From positions 6,974-70,973 of the forward strand of contig NYZA01000143.1 of NCBI GenBank assembly GCA_002686955.1: a stretch of 64,000 nt of DNA, read 5' to 3'. Position numbers and translations under genes: made by a program. The DNA comes from Gemmatimonadota bacterium (GTDB taxonomy: Bacteria > GCA-2686955). The notes below the pieces were generated by a model. The model was not told the origin of the DNA, did not search any database, and was given only the letters and a program-made list of their open reading frames with translations. Numbering within the stretch: the stretch's first letter is position 1; each line of letters begins with the position of its first letter. Of the stretch, positions 1 to 8,205 are shown piece after piece.

Positions 1-1
1 C

Positions 2-148
2 GATAACTTCTGGCAGGGGGTCGAATTGTACGTCGGGGCACGCTCCGGCGCCGAGTTCAGCCACGGAATCTGCCCGGAATGTCACACGACACACGTCAAG
101 CCGCAGCTGGAAAAGCTCATGCAGGCCAAGAAGGGCGACGGCGCGTAG
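2..148 (+). CDS. 3' end of upstream gene (partial; hypothetical, C-terminal ...SHGICPECHTTHVKPQLEKLMQAKKGDGA*)
   Basis: Open frame from the window edge to TAG at 146-148. No recognisable family. Window-truncated. Confidence 0.3.
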   Translation, partial: DNFWQGVELYVGARSGAEFSHGICPECHTTHVKPQLEKLMQAKKGDGA

Positions 149-177
149 CGACGAGCGCTCTGCCTCGGCGCTCGGGC

Positions 178-1149
178 TCAGCGCTCAGCGCTTGCTTCCA
201 CGAAAACCTCCAGAGCGGGCCAGGGATCCACGACCGTGCGGAGCAGGCGCATCGCCGGGACCGCGAAATGCGCGAAGTTCGGGCGGGCGCAATGTCGCGA
301 GAGGTAAGCGAAGGCGCCGAGCGCTTGGAAGAGGCGTTGCACCACGGTTGCCTTCAGAAGTCGCTCGTCCAGCGCCGTGCCCTTCCAGCCCGCGAGCAGC
401 GAGGCCCGCTCGGGCGCGCTCATCTCGACATAGGGATCCCATAGGAGCGAGGCGAGATCGTAGGCGGCGGGGCCGCGACGCATCCCGGCCCAATCCAGGA
501 TCGCGACGGCGTTGTCTCGCCCGATGTGTAGATTCGTGGACTGATAATCGCGGTGCATGGTGGTCTGTGGACCGTCGAAAAGTGTCGCCGACAGATCTTC
601 CAGCGCCTCGTCCACACCGGATCCCCGATTGCGGCGGCCGAGAACCCCGAAAAAATGATGCGTGATCCCGTACCATGTTTCCCATCTCAGATCGTCGCGC
701 GAGAAGGGCGGCAAAGCGGCGGATGGCAGCGTCACTTTTTGCAGTTCCGCGAGCGCGTCCAGCGCGGCCTCGTAGCCCACGAGCGCGCGCCGATCGAGCG
801 TCCCCCCCGGCAGCGGATCGGGCGGGGGAGCGGCGCCGGCCGGCCCCAGATGACCCCGGGCAACCGAGAGCAGAGAATCGTCGCCGACATCCTCGTGCAG
901 GGCGAGTCCCGCGCGTCGATCCCAGGCGATCAGCGCCGGCACCGGAACCCCGGCCTCGTGCAGCGCCCCGCCGATATCGATGATCCGCCGCAGCTCCGCG
1001 CCGTCGGGAGTGTGGCTGAGAACTCCCGCCTCCGTACGCCAGAAGCGCCGATTCGAGCCCGCGCCGTGCAGCGCGCGCATCCCTCCCTCGCAATGAGCGC
1101 GCAGAAAGCGATCGGCCCCGCCGGGAAGACCGCCCGGATCATTCATCGC
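178..1149 (-). CDS. APH-fold phosphotransferase, candidate anomeric MurNAc/GlcNAc kinase (AmgK-like)
   Basis: ORF 178..1230 holds the kinase Brenner-type motif HRDYQSTNLHI and the ILDW...AAYDLASLL region typical of the aminoglycoside/choline kinase fold. Start is probably ATG 1149 (MNDPGG), which overlaps the stop of the upstream NTP-transferase by 4 nt. Operon context is NamZ-like + NTP-transferase. Confidence 0.55.
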   Translation of the reverse strand, partial: AMNDPGGLPGGADRFLRAHCEGGMRALHGAGSNRRFWRTEAGVLSHTPDGAELRRIIDIGGALHEAGVPVPALIAWDRRAGLALHEDVGDDSLLSVARGHLGPAGAAPPPDPLPGGTLDRRALVGYEAALDALAELQKVTLPSAALPPFSRDDLRWETWYGITHHFFGVLGRRNRGSGVDEALEDLSATLFDGPQTTMHRDYQSTNLHIGRDNAVAILDWAGMRRGPAAYDLASLLWDPYVEMSAPERASLLAGWKGTALDERLLKATVVQRLFQALGAFAYLSRHCARPNFAHFAVPAMRLLRTVVDPWPALEVFVEASAER

Positions 1150-2122
1150 CGGCCCCCGCTCCGCCACCGCGCGCCACCCGCGCCCAAGGAGCAACAATCG
1201 CCCCCTCGAGCACCTCCCCCGCACCCACACTCGCCCCGTCGAACATAACCGTGTCGCTCAAGCGCGCCCCCTCCCCGATCTCGCACTCCCGCCCCGCGAC
1301 ACCCCACCCCGAAAGCCGCGCGCTCGCCGCCACCCGCGCCGAAGGAGCGATCCGCCACGAGGCGTTGCCGGCGGCCACCGGAAGGCCACCGCCCCATTCC
1401 GAAAGCGCCCCCCCCGCGATCGCCCCGTGCGCCGCGAGGTATCGCTCCGGCGTGCCCAGATCGTGCCAAGCAGCCCCCTCCGCCCGCCACCCCCGCACAA
1501 CCAGCCCGGCATCGATCGCCGCGGTCACCGAGGGCACGAAGGGAGCCGGACGCCCCGGTTCCAGACGATCGAGCCAGGGCCAGTCGAGAACCGCCACCCC
1601 CGAGTAGGTCCATGAGCCGGCCTCACCCGCCGCTCCGAAACCGAGCACATTCCCGCTACGATCCACCCGAACCGAATCGGTGGGCCGATGCGAGACCAGC
1701 GCCATCGTCATCGCCAGCCGCCCCGCCCTCAGCTCCTCCGACCTCGCGCGATGCGCCGCCAAGAGCGAGCCCAGATCGAGATCGGTCACCGCGTCGGCGT
1801 TGTGGAGCAGCACCGGCTCCCCCCTCACCCGCCGCCGGAGCCACGGAACAAAGCCCGCGATCCCCCCCGCCGGCCCCTGAATCGTCTCCTCCACGATGCA
1901 ATGCGCCCGCGGCTCCCCCTCGCGCCGATCGAGAAAACGCGTCAGAAGCGCTGCATGGTGGTGGGCATTGACGCCGACAACCCCAACCCCCGCCCGCCGC
2001 AATCGCGTCATCACATGGTCGATCGCCGGAGCTCCAGCGACCGGCACGAGCGCCTTGGGAAGTCGATCGGTGAGCGGCGCCAGACGGGTGCCGAGCCCGG
2101 CGGCCAGGATGATGGCGTGCAT
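1139..2122 (-). CDS. Sugar-1-phosphate nucleotidyltransferase (MurU/GCD1-like N-terminus plus C-terminal hexapeptide-repeat LbH domain)
   Basis: N-terminus MHAIILAAGLGTRLAPLTDRLPKALVPV is the classic NTP_transferase G-x-G-T-R motif. The C-terminus has left-handed beta-helix repeats (VGAGEVLEGAIVAP...). 327 aa. Confidence 0.65.
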   Translation of the reverse strand: MHAIILAAGLGTRLAPLTDRLPKALVPVAGAPAIDHVMTRLRRAGVGVVGVNAHHHAALLTRFLDRREGEPRAHCIVEETIQGPAGGIAGFVPWLRRRVRGEPVLLHNADAVTDLDLGSLLAAHRARSEELRAGRLAMTMALVSHRPTDSVRVDRSGNVLGFGAAGEAGSWTYSGVAVLDWPWLDRLEPGRPAPFVPSVTAAIDAGLVVRGWRAEGAAWHDLGTPERYLAAHGAIAGGALSEWGGGLPVAAGNASWRIAPSARVAASARLSGWGVAGRECEIGEGARLSDTVMFDGASVGAGEVLEGAIVAPWARVARGGGAGAGDE

Positions 2123-2140
2123 GAGAGCCTCGGAAAGAAA

Positions 2141-3340
2141 CTAGCCAGCGTCGTACAACAAATACTCCAACCGCTCCATCCTCCAGGCCTCCTCCAAGGG
2201 CTCCCACCCCTGGGCGACCTCTCGCCACCCCGCCCCCGCATCGATCGCTCCCCGCAGATCGCCGCCCCCCGACAGAAAATCGATCGGCATCTTCCCCTCC
2301 TCTCCCTCGAAAGGAGGATCGCACCAGAAGGCCTCGCCCGCCTGCGCCCGCGCCGCCGCCAACACCGCCACCCCCGCGCGCACGGGATGGAAACGCTCCC
2401 GATCGAGAACCTCGATCTGCGCCCCACCGCAGAGCTCCCCGGCGAAGCGATCGTGGCCCGGCGTGAAGCGACAGGGACGAAAACAGACACCCGGCAAATC
2501 GGCCTTCCTCAGATCGCTCACCAGGCGGCGCGCATCGATCCACGGCGCGCCGAAAACCTCGAAAGGCCGCGCCGTCCCCCTCCCCACCGACAACCGGGTC
2601 CCCTCGACCAGCCCCATTCCCGGAAACACCGCCACAGAGTCGCTCGTCGGCAGATCGGGCGCCGGCATCACCCACGGCAGCCCCGTGCGATCGAACCAAT
2701 GACGCGCCCCCCACCCGCGCATCTTCACCACCCGCACCCCCACACCGATCCGCTCCGCGATCCAGCGCAGCGCCTCCCCGATCGAAAAACCATGACGCAG
2801 CGGCAACGAATGCAGCCCCACCACACTTTCGAAACCTTCATCGACACCCGGCCCCTCCGCGTGTCGCCCCCCCAGCGGATTCGGACGATCCAGCACCACA
2901 GCCTCGACCCCCGCCCCGCGGCAAGCCTGCAGACAGAGCGTCGCCGTCCAAAGAAAAGTGTGGCAACGCGCCCCGACCTCCGGAAGATCGATCACCAGCG
3001 CATCGAGCCCCGCCAGACTCTCGGAGCTCGGCTTCCGTTCGGCGCCATAGAGACTCACCACCTCGAGCCCGCTCGCCGCATCGGAAAACCCCTCCCAGCG
3101 ATCCGCCATCTCCCCCCAGACCCCATGGCGCGGACCGAAAAGACGCACCACCTCGACATCGGGCGCCGCCCCCCGAAAACGATCGATCGCGTGCACGCGC
3201 TGGGAATCGATCGACGCCGCATTCACCAGCAGCCCCACCCGTCGCCCCTTGAGCTGACGAAATCGCTCGGCCACAAGAGAATCGAGCCCGGTCTGGATCG
3301 CTTTTCGGGAGGGAGAGCGGTGACGCTTCGGACGAGACAT
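2141..3340 (-). CDS. DUF1343 family protein (NamZ-like exo-beta-N-acetylmuramidase)
   Basis: 399 aa. N-terminal LKGRRVGLLVNAASID... matches the conserved DUF1343 start (LKGKRVGLITNQTG...). First gene of a three-gene minus-strand operon. Confidence 0.6.
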   Translation of the reverse strand: MSRPKRHRSPSRKAIQTGLDSLVAERFRQLKGRRVGLLVNAASIDSQRVHAIDRFRGAAPDVEVVRLFGPRHGVWGEMADRWEGFSDAASGLEVVSLYGAERKPSSESLAGLDALVIDLPEVGARCHTFLWTATLCLQACRGAGVEAVVLDRPNPLGGRHAEGPGVDEGFESVVGLHSLPLRHGFSIGEALRWIAERIGVGVRVVKMRGWGARHWFDRTGLPWVMPAPDLPTSDSVAVFPGMGLVEGTRLSVGRGTARPFEVFGAPWIDARRLVSDLRKADLPGVCFRPCRFTPGHDRFAGELCGGAQIEVLDRERFHPVRAGVAVLAAARAQAGEAFWCDPPFEGEEGKMPIDFLSGGGDLRGAIDAGAGWREVAQGWEPLEEAWRMERLEYLLYDAG

Positions 3341-3629
3341 TTCGGCACTTTCGACAGATTCGTGATTCGCCGCGATCCTACCTGCTCACGCCCCAAACTC
3401 TCCATCCGCGATCGACGGACATGTCGAAGTCAAGATCCCGGGGGGACCGAGCACTGAGGATCGGGCGGCCGTGACCACCTCGCCAGGCCCGCCCCGCGGC
3501 TCCGCGCCATCCGAAGCGGCCTCAGCGATTGGCCGTGGATCGATGAGGGCCAGGCGTGCATCAGAGTTGGTTGTCGGGATTCTTCCCTTTCGCGGCCTTT
3601 GCATCTCTCCACTCGAGCGTGAGCTGAAG

Positions 3630-3758
3630 GGAGGCGGGGATGGTGACAGAGCCTTGAAACCTACGGTGCAGGGTACGCCGCAAGGCGCACCACTCTCACC
3701 GCTGCTCGCACACTATTCTCGAAGCCACGCTTCTCTCTGCGGCGAATATATTAGATAG
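3630..3758 (+). pseudogene. Reverse-transcriptase remnant (RT motif ...KPTVQGTPQGAPLSPLLAHY only)
   Basis: End of ORF 3471..3758. GTPQGAPLSPLLA matches the G-x-PQG-x-x-SPLL-(A/S)-N block of group II intron and retron reverse transcriptases. The flanking sequence is collapsed (GDGDRALKPTV resembles PDGGxRPLGIPTV), and a stop follows immediately. Confidence 0.3.
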
Positions 3759-3859
3759 GGTAGGAGCTCTGGACTGCCGAAAACACGGAGAAGAGCGCTA
3801 AGGGTTCGCCGCGCAAACGTGACGACGAAACCGGAGAACATCCGAGAACATCAGGCAAC

Positions 3860-4276
3860 ATGGCGGCACTGATTTACTACCTTGGACTGGCGTGCCTCTT
3901 CACGCACGAACTCGACGCCGTCATCCACGCGGAGTGGCGGCTTCTGTTCATCCTTCGGAATATGCCGAACGATTCCGCCGCCTCGCTCTTCGTTGCCCTT
4001 CACATTCCACTTTTCTTCGGGGTTCTGTGGCTCAGCAACCACCGTCGAAAAAGTGTACGCAACCTCACTCGACTCTCGGTCGCCGCGTTTCTGACCGTGC
4101 ACGCGCTGCTTCACTTCAGCCTTTCCTCGAACCCGGCATACGAGTTCCACGGCACACTCTCGCTGATACTGATCCTATCGGCCGCGGTTTGTGGCATCGC
4201 GTATCTCTCGGCTCGAGGGCGCTCGTTCCTTCGCGCCCCCTCGCGATGGGAGCTGAGGAGAAGAGAGCAAGCCTGA
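3860..4276 (+). CDS. Small integral membrane protein (hypothetical, about 4 TM)
   Basis: 138 aa hydrophobic ORF. It lies in an AT-richer patch directly downstream of the RT remnant. Confidence 0.4.
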   Translation: MAALIYYLGLACLFTHELDAVIHAEWRLLFILRNMPNDSAASLFVALHIPLFFGVLWLSNHRRKSVRNLTRLSVAAFLTVHALLHFSLSSNPAYEFHGTLSLILILSAAVCGIAYLSARGRSFLRAPSRWELRRREQA

Positions 4277-4520
4277 TGCGCGGACGGCTCCCCGCGGATC
4301 CACGGCCAATCGCTGAGGCCGGTTCGGGCACGCGGAGCCATTGGGCGGACCTGGCTACGAATGGCGATGACCGGCATGTCAATGCTCGGTCATCCCCCCC
4401 TTCTTCCGCCTGGCCGAACGAATCCTTCCGACGCACCTCCCCGGCTCGATGTCAGGGGAGGCTCCGATCGTAGCGTCACTTTTTCTCGTTTCGCCCCGAG
4501 AGCTTCTTGCTCCGGTCGAG

Positions 4521-4844
4521 CTACCAGATCAGCGGTACTCCGAACGCGCTCAGCGCCGGATCGCGCGTGATCAGCGGCACTCCCTCGATTTCGGCTTGAG
4601 CGGCGAGCATGCGATCGAAGGGGTCTTTGTGGGGCAGAGGCCAGGCGCCGGCCCGCTGCGCGTGCGCGATTCCAACCGGTAACTCCCTGAACCCGGCTTT
4701 CAGGATCCACCCTCTCATGTCGGTCACGAAGGGGCCGATCGACGGCAGCTTGCCGAGGCGGTGTTTCGTGGCGACCTCCCAGGCGCTCGCACTCGAGACC
4801 AGGATCTCATTGGCCGGAGACGCCAGAATGCCGCGGGCGCGCAT
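4521..4844 (-). pseudogene. Truncated VapC-like PIN-domain toxin (N-terminal ~25 aa with the first catalytic Asp missing; no antitoxin)
   Basis: ...ILVSSASAWEVATKHRLGKLP...HKDPFDRMLAAQAEIEGVPLITRDPAL... is collinear with the VapC PIN core and C-terminus. The in-frame stop 2 codons upstream of the first Met (TAG at 4851-4853, minus strand) removes the LLDT(N/H)V segment. Confidence 0.55.
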
Positions 4845-4881
4845 CGAGAGCTATGGGTCGGCGAAGAAAAGCCTTGCGCCG

Positions 4882-4923
4882 ATCAAACGATCAAACGTAT
4901 GTTTGAATCAAACGAACGTTTGA
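4882..4923. promoter_or_regulatory. Tandem palindromic operators (TCAAACGTATGTTTGA / TCAAACGAACGTTTGA) upstream of tetR
   Basis: Seen directly: 4891-4906 TCAAACGTATGTTTGA and 4908-4923 TCAAACGAACGTTTGA (7-bp perfect inverted arms TCAAACG/CGTTTGA), plus a third half-site atcaaacga at 4882-4890. They sit 9-50 bp upstream of the TetR start at 4932. Confidence 0.55.
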
Positions 4924-4931
4924 AACCGAGC

Positions 4932-5609
4932 ATGCCCGACACTCCCCTCCCGACCGAAGAACGCCCCGACACCCGCGAGCGCTTGCTCGACGCGGCCGAG
5001 CAGCTTTTCGCCGAGCGGGGGGTGACGGCGACATCTCTGCGGGCGGTGACCAAGGCGGCCGACGCGAATCTGGCCGCGGTGCACTACCACTTCGGCAGCA
5101 AGGAGGAGCTGCTCTCCGCCGTGGTGGCCCGCCGTGTGCGGCCGATCAACGAAGAGCGGCTTCGGCTTCTGGATCGACTCCAGGCGGGTTCGGGCGATCG
5201 TGCCGCCGATCTCGACGAGATCTTGAGCGCTCTGCTACTGCCGATGATTCGGGAGACGGGGCGCAATCCGGAGAGAGTTCCGACCTTCACGCGGCTGATG
5301 GGGCGGGTGCTGACCGATATGGGGACCGGCACGCATGCCCTCGTCGTGCACCATTTCGCCGAAGTGCTGCAGCGCTTCGCCGCCGCTCTCTCGCGGGCCC
5401 TTCCCCACTTAACGCCGGAAGAGATCGCCTGGCGGCTGCATTTCTGCATCGGCACGATGGCGTTCACGCTCGTTCATTCCCCCCATCTCGCCGAGATGTC
5501 GCGCGGTCTTTGCCGCTCCCATGACGCGGATCGGGTCATGGAGCAGATGATCCCCTTCCTGGCCGCTGGATTCCAGGCGCCCAGCTCGATCGACGAGGAA
5601 GCATCGTGA
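4932..5609 (+). CDS. TetR/AcrR-family transcriptional repressor
   Basis: N-terminal HTH RERLLDAAEQLFAERGVTATSLRAVTKAADANLAAVHYHFGSKEEL is the TetR_N signature. The ATG at 4932 follows the operators. The gene overlaps the downstream OMF start (GTGA). Confidence 0.8.
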   Translation: MPDTPLPTEERPDTRERLLDAAEQLFAERGVTATSLRAVTKAADANLAAVHYHFGSKEELLSAVVARRVRPINEERLRLLDRLQAGSGDRAADLDEILSALLLPMIRETGRNPERVPTFTRLMGRVLTDMGTGTHALVVHHFAEVLQRFAAALSRALPHLTPEEIAWRLHFCIGTMAFTLVHSPHLAEMSRGLCRSHDADRVMEQMIPFLAAGFQAPSSIDEEAS

Positions 5610-7036
5610 CGCACCGGATCTGGCCCTTTCTCCTCTTGATTGCCGCGTCATGCGCCTCGCCACCACCGGTCCGGCCACCCGCGACGAGGGTCGAGATCCC
5701 CGGCGAGTGGCGGGCCGGGTCGACGGCCGCGGAGGACGAATCCGTCTCGTGGTGGAATCTGCTAGGGAGCGCGGCGTTGGACAGTCTCGTCGCCGAGGGG
5801 CTCGAGCGGAATCCGAGCCTCGATGGGGCGGCGGCGCGGATCGATGCGGCGGTGGCTCGGGCCAAGATCGCCGGCGCGGGGAGCTGGCCGCAGCTCGGGG
5901 TGGGCGGCAGCGGGAGTCGGTCGAAGAGGAGCTTCGTCGGCTTTCCGAGCTTCGGGCCGCCGGGCGGTGGGGACGAAGGTCCGATCTCGGTCGAGTCGAG
6001 CACATTCGGCGTGTCGCTCGACCTGAGCTGGGAGGTCGATCTTTGGGGACGGATCCGCAGCGGGCAATCGGCCGCTTTTGCGGATGCGCAGATGGCCGAA
6101 GCTCTTTGGCGGGGCGCACGTTCCAGCATCGCGGGGCAGATCTGCAAGGCGTTCTTCGGAGTCGTCGAGGCGGATCAGCAGGCGGAGCTGGCGGAGGCGA
6201 CGAGCGCCAACCGAGCCGAAATGCTGGAGAGGATCGAGGCCCGGTATGCGCGAGGGCTCCGCTCTTCGCTCGACGTGCATCGGGCGCGCGCCGAGCTCGA
6301 GTCGTCGAAAGCCCGGACGGCGCTGCGATGCGCCCAGCGCGACTCGGCTCGGCGGCAGCTGGAGATTCTGCTCGGCCGATACCCCTCCGCTTCGATCGAT
6401 GTCCGCTTGCTGCCCGATCCGCCCGAGAGGTTGCCGGCCGGACTGCCCGCCGATCTGATCGATCGCCGTCTCGATCTGGTGGCGGCGGAGCGGGCGGTGG
6501 CCGCCGCAGATCGACGCAGGGCCGAGGCGCGGCGCGCGCTCTACCCCCGCGTCATGCTGACCGGCAGCTCCGGAACCACATCCGATGAGCTCGGCGATCT
6601 GAGCGATGGAGATTTCGCGGTCTGGAGCATCGGCGCATCGATCTCTCAACCGCTCTTCCAGGGGGGGCGGATCGTCGCCGGAATCGACGCGGCCGACGCG
6701 GGGCTCCGCGAGGCGCTGGCGAACTTCGCGACGACCGCATTGCAGGCCTACGCCGAGGTCGAGAGCGCCCTCGACGCGGAGACGCGACTCGGGGAGCAGG
6801 TGCGGGCCCTCGCGAACGCGGTCGAGGCTTCGTCGCTGGCGCTACGGCTCGCCGAGACCCGATACTCCGGCGGGTTGGCCGATGTCTTGGTTCTCCTCGA
6901 CGCGCAGCGATCCGACCACGACGCACGGAGCCGCCTGATCGAAGCCACCCGCCAACGGCTCGACAACCGGGTCAATCTACACCTCTCTCTCGGAGGTGGA
7001 TTCCGCAGAGACGACGAATCGAGGAACCCTTCATGA
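5606..7036 (+). CDS. RND efflux outer-membrane factor lipoprotein (NodT/TolC family)
   Basis: Lipoprotein signal MTHRIWPFLLLIAASCAS. Two OEP repeats with the typical ...LDLSWEVDLWGRIRS... and ...SQPLFQGGR... motifs. Translationally coupled to tetR and to the MFP. Confidence 0.85.
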   Translation: MTHRIWPFLLLIAASCASPPPVRPPATRVEIPGEWRAGSTAAEDESVSWWNLLGSAALDSLVAEGLERNPSLDGAAARIDAAVARAKIAGAGSWPQLGVGGSGSRSKRSFVGFPSFGPPGGGDEGPISVESSTFGVSLDLSWEVDLWGRIRSGQSAAFADAQMAEALWRGARSSIAGQICKAFFGVVEADQQAELAEATSANRAEMLERIEARYARGLRSSLDVHRARAELESSKARTALRCAQRDSARRQLEILLGRYPSASIDVRLLPDPPERLPAGLPADLIDRRLDLVAAERAVAAADRRRAEARRALYPRVMLTGSSGTTSDELGDLSDGDFAVWSIGASISQPLFQGGRIVAGIDAADAGLREALANFATTALQAYAEVESALDAETRLGEQVRALANAVEASSLALRLAETRYSGGLADVLVLLDAQRSDHDARSRLIEATRQRLDNRVNLHLSLGGGFRRDDESRNPS

Positions 7037-8205
7037 CGCGCGTCAAACAGAGCCTGATCACCGTCGCTTTCGTCGCGGCGGGAGCCGTGGGCTACCACCT
7101 CTTGGTCGCGACCCGCCCGGCGGCATCGACACGGCCCACCGAACCGCTGGTTCCCCTGGTGCGTGTTCTCGCCGTCGAGCCGACCGAGGTGCGATTGAGC
7201 GTGTCGAGCCAGGGAACCGTGACGCCGAGCGCCGAGACTACTCTCGTGCCTCAGGTTTCGGGGCGGGTGGCCGCGCTCTCTCCCCGTCTCGCGGAGGGCG
7301 CCTTCTTCTCCGAAGGTGAGGTGCTGCTGGGAATCGATCCGACCGACTACGAGCTGGCGGCGGTTCAGGCCGAAGCGAGTATCGCCCGTGCTGAAGCCCG
7401 CGTGGCGATGGAAGAGGGAGAGGCCGAGCTCGCCCGCGCGGAATGGACGCGCATGGGAAAGGGTGGCGAGGCGAAACCGCTGGTCCTGCGGGAACCCCAG
7501 CTTCGCGACGCACGGGCCGCGCTGGCCGCGGCGCGGGCAAGCCTATCGCAGGCCCGCCTCGCGCTGAGTCGAACCGAGCTTCGCGCGCCCTACACTGGTC
7601 GGGTGCAGACCAAAATGGTCGACGTCGGGCAGCTCGTCGGTCCAGACACTCCGATCGCCCAGATCTACTCCGTCGACGCCGCCGAGGTGAGGCTGCCGAT
7701 TCCGGCCTCCGAGCTCGCCTTTCTCGATCTTCCGGCCGATCCGCTCGCATCGGGCGATGGGCCCGCCGTCCGCTTCAGCGCCGACTACGCGGGGCGCCCT
7801 TGCTCCTGGACGGGGCGGATCGTGCGCCGCTCGGGGCGGATCGATCCCCGCTCTCAAATGGTGCACTTGATCGCCCGGATCGAGCGCCCCTACGGGGACG
7901 CGCACGAAGTCCCCTTGGAGACCGGTCTCTTCGTGCGAGCCCAGATCACCGGCTGCGTCGAGGACGGGATCGTCGAGCTCCCTCGCGAGGCACTGAAATC
8001 GGGGGAACGGGTGCACCTGGTGAGCGAGGGCCGCTTGCTCTTCCGCTCGGTCGAGCTACTCCGCCTCGAGCCGGAGCGCGCCCTCGTGCGCGAGGGACTC
8101 GCGGCGGGTGACACCCTCTGCCTCTCCGATATCCAGGCCGCGGTGGAGGGGATGCGGGTCCGGGCTTCGACCCACGGTGCCGCCGGCGACGGGGGATCCT
8201 CATGA
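7033..8205 (+). CDS. RND efflux periplasmic adaptor (membrane fusion protein)
   Basis: N-terminal TM, coiled-coil hairpin, and lipoyl/beta-barrel segments (e.g. YTGRVQTKMVDVGQLV). ATGA overlaps on both sides. Confidence 0.85.
   Translation: MTRVKQSLITVAFVAAGAVGYHLLVATRPAASTRPTEPLVPLVRVLAVEPTEVRLSVSSQGTVTPSAETTLVPQVSGRVAALSPRLAEGAFFSEGEVLLGIDPTDYELAAVQAEASIARAEARVAMEEGEAELARAEWTRMGKGGEAKPLVLREPQLRDARAALAAARASLSQARLALSRTELRAPYTGRVQTKMVDVGQLVGPDTPIAQIYSVDAAEVRLPIPASELAFLDLPADPLASGDGPAVRFSADYAGRPCSWTGRIVRRSGRIDPRSQMVHLIARIERPYGDAHEVPLETGLFVRAQITGCVEDGIVELPREALKSGERVHLVSEGRLLFRSVELLRLEPERALVREGLAAGDTLCLSDIQAAVEGMRVRASTHGAAGDGGSS

Noticed and set aside
1656-3457. Long overlapping ORFs 1656..2714(-) and 1688..3457(+) across the NTP-transferase/DUF1343 genes
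   Set aside because: Pro/Arg/Gly-rich low-complexity translations antisense or out of frame to genes with clear family motifs. High-GC artefacts.
5409-6649. ORFs 5409..6119(-), 5536..6147(-), 5650..6588(+), 5762..6649(-) within the OMF gene region
   Set aside because: All are out-of-frame or antisense to the NodT-family lipoprotein gene, which has a lipobox and OEP repeats. They show low-complexity composition.
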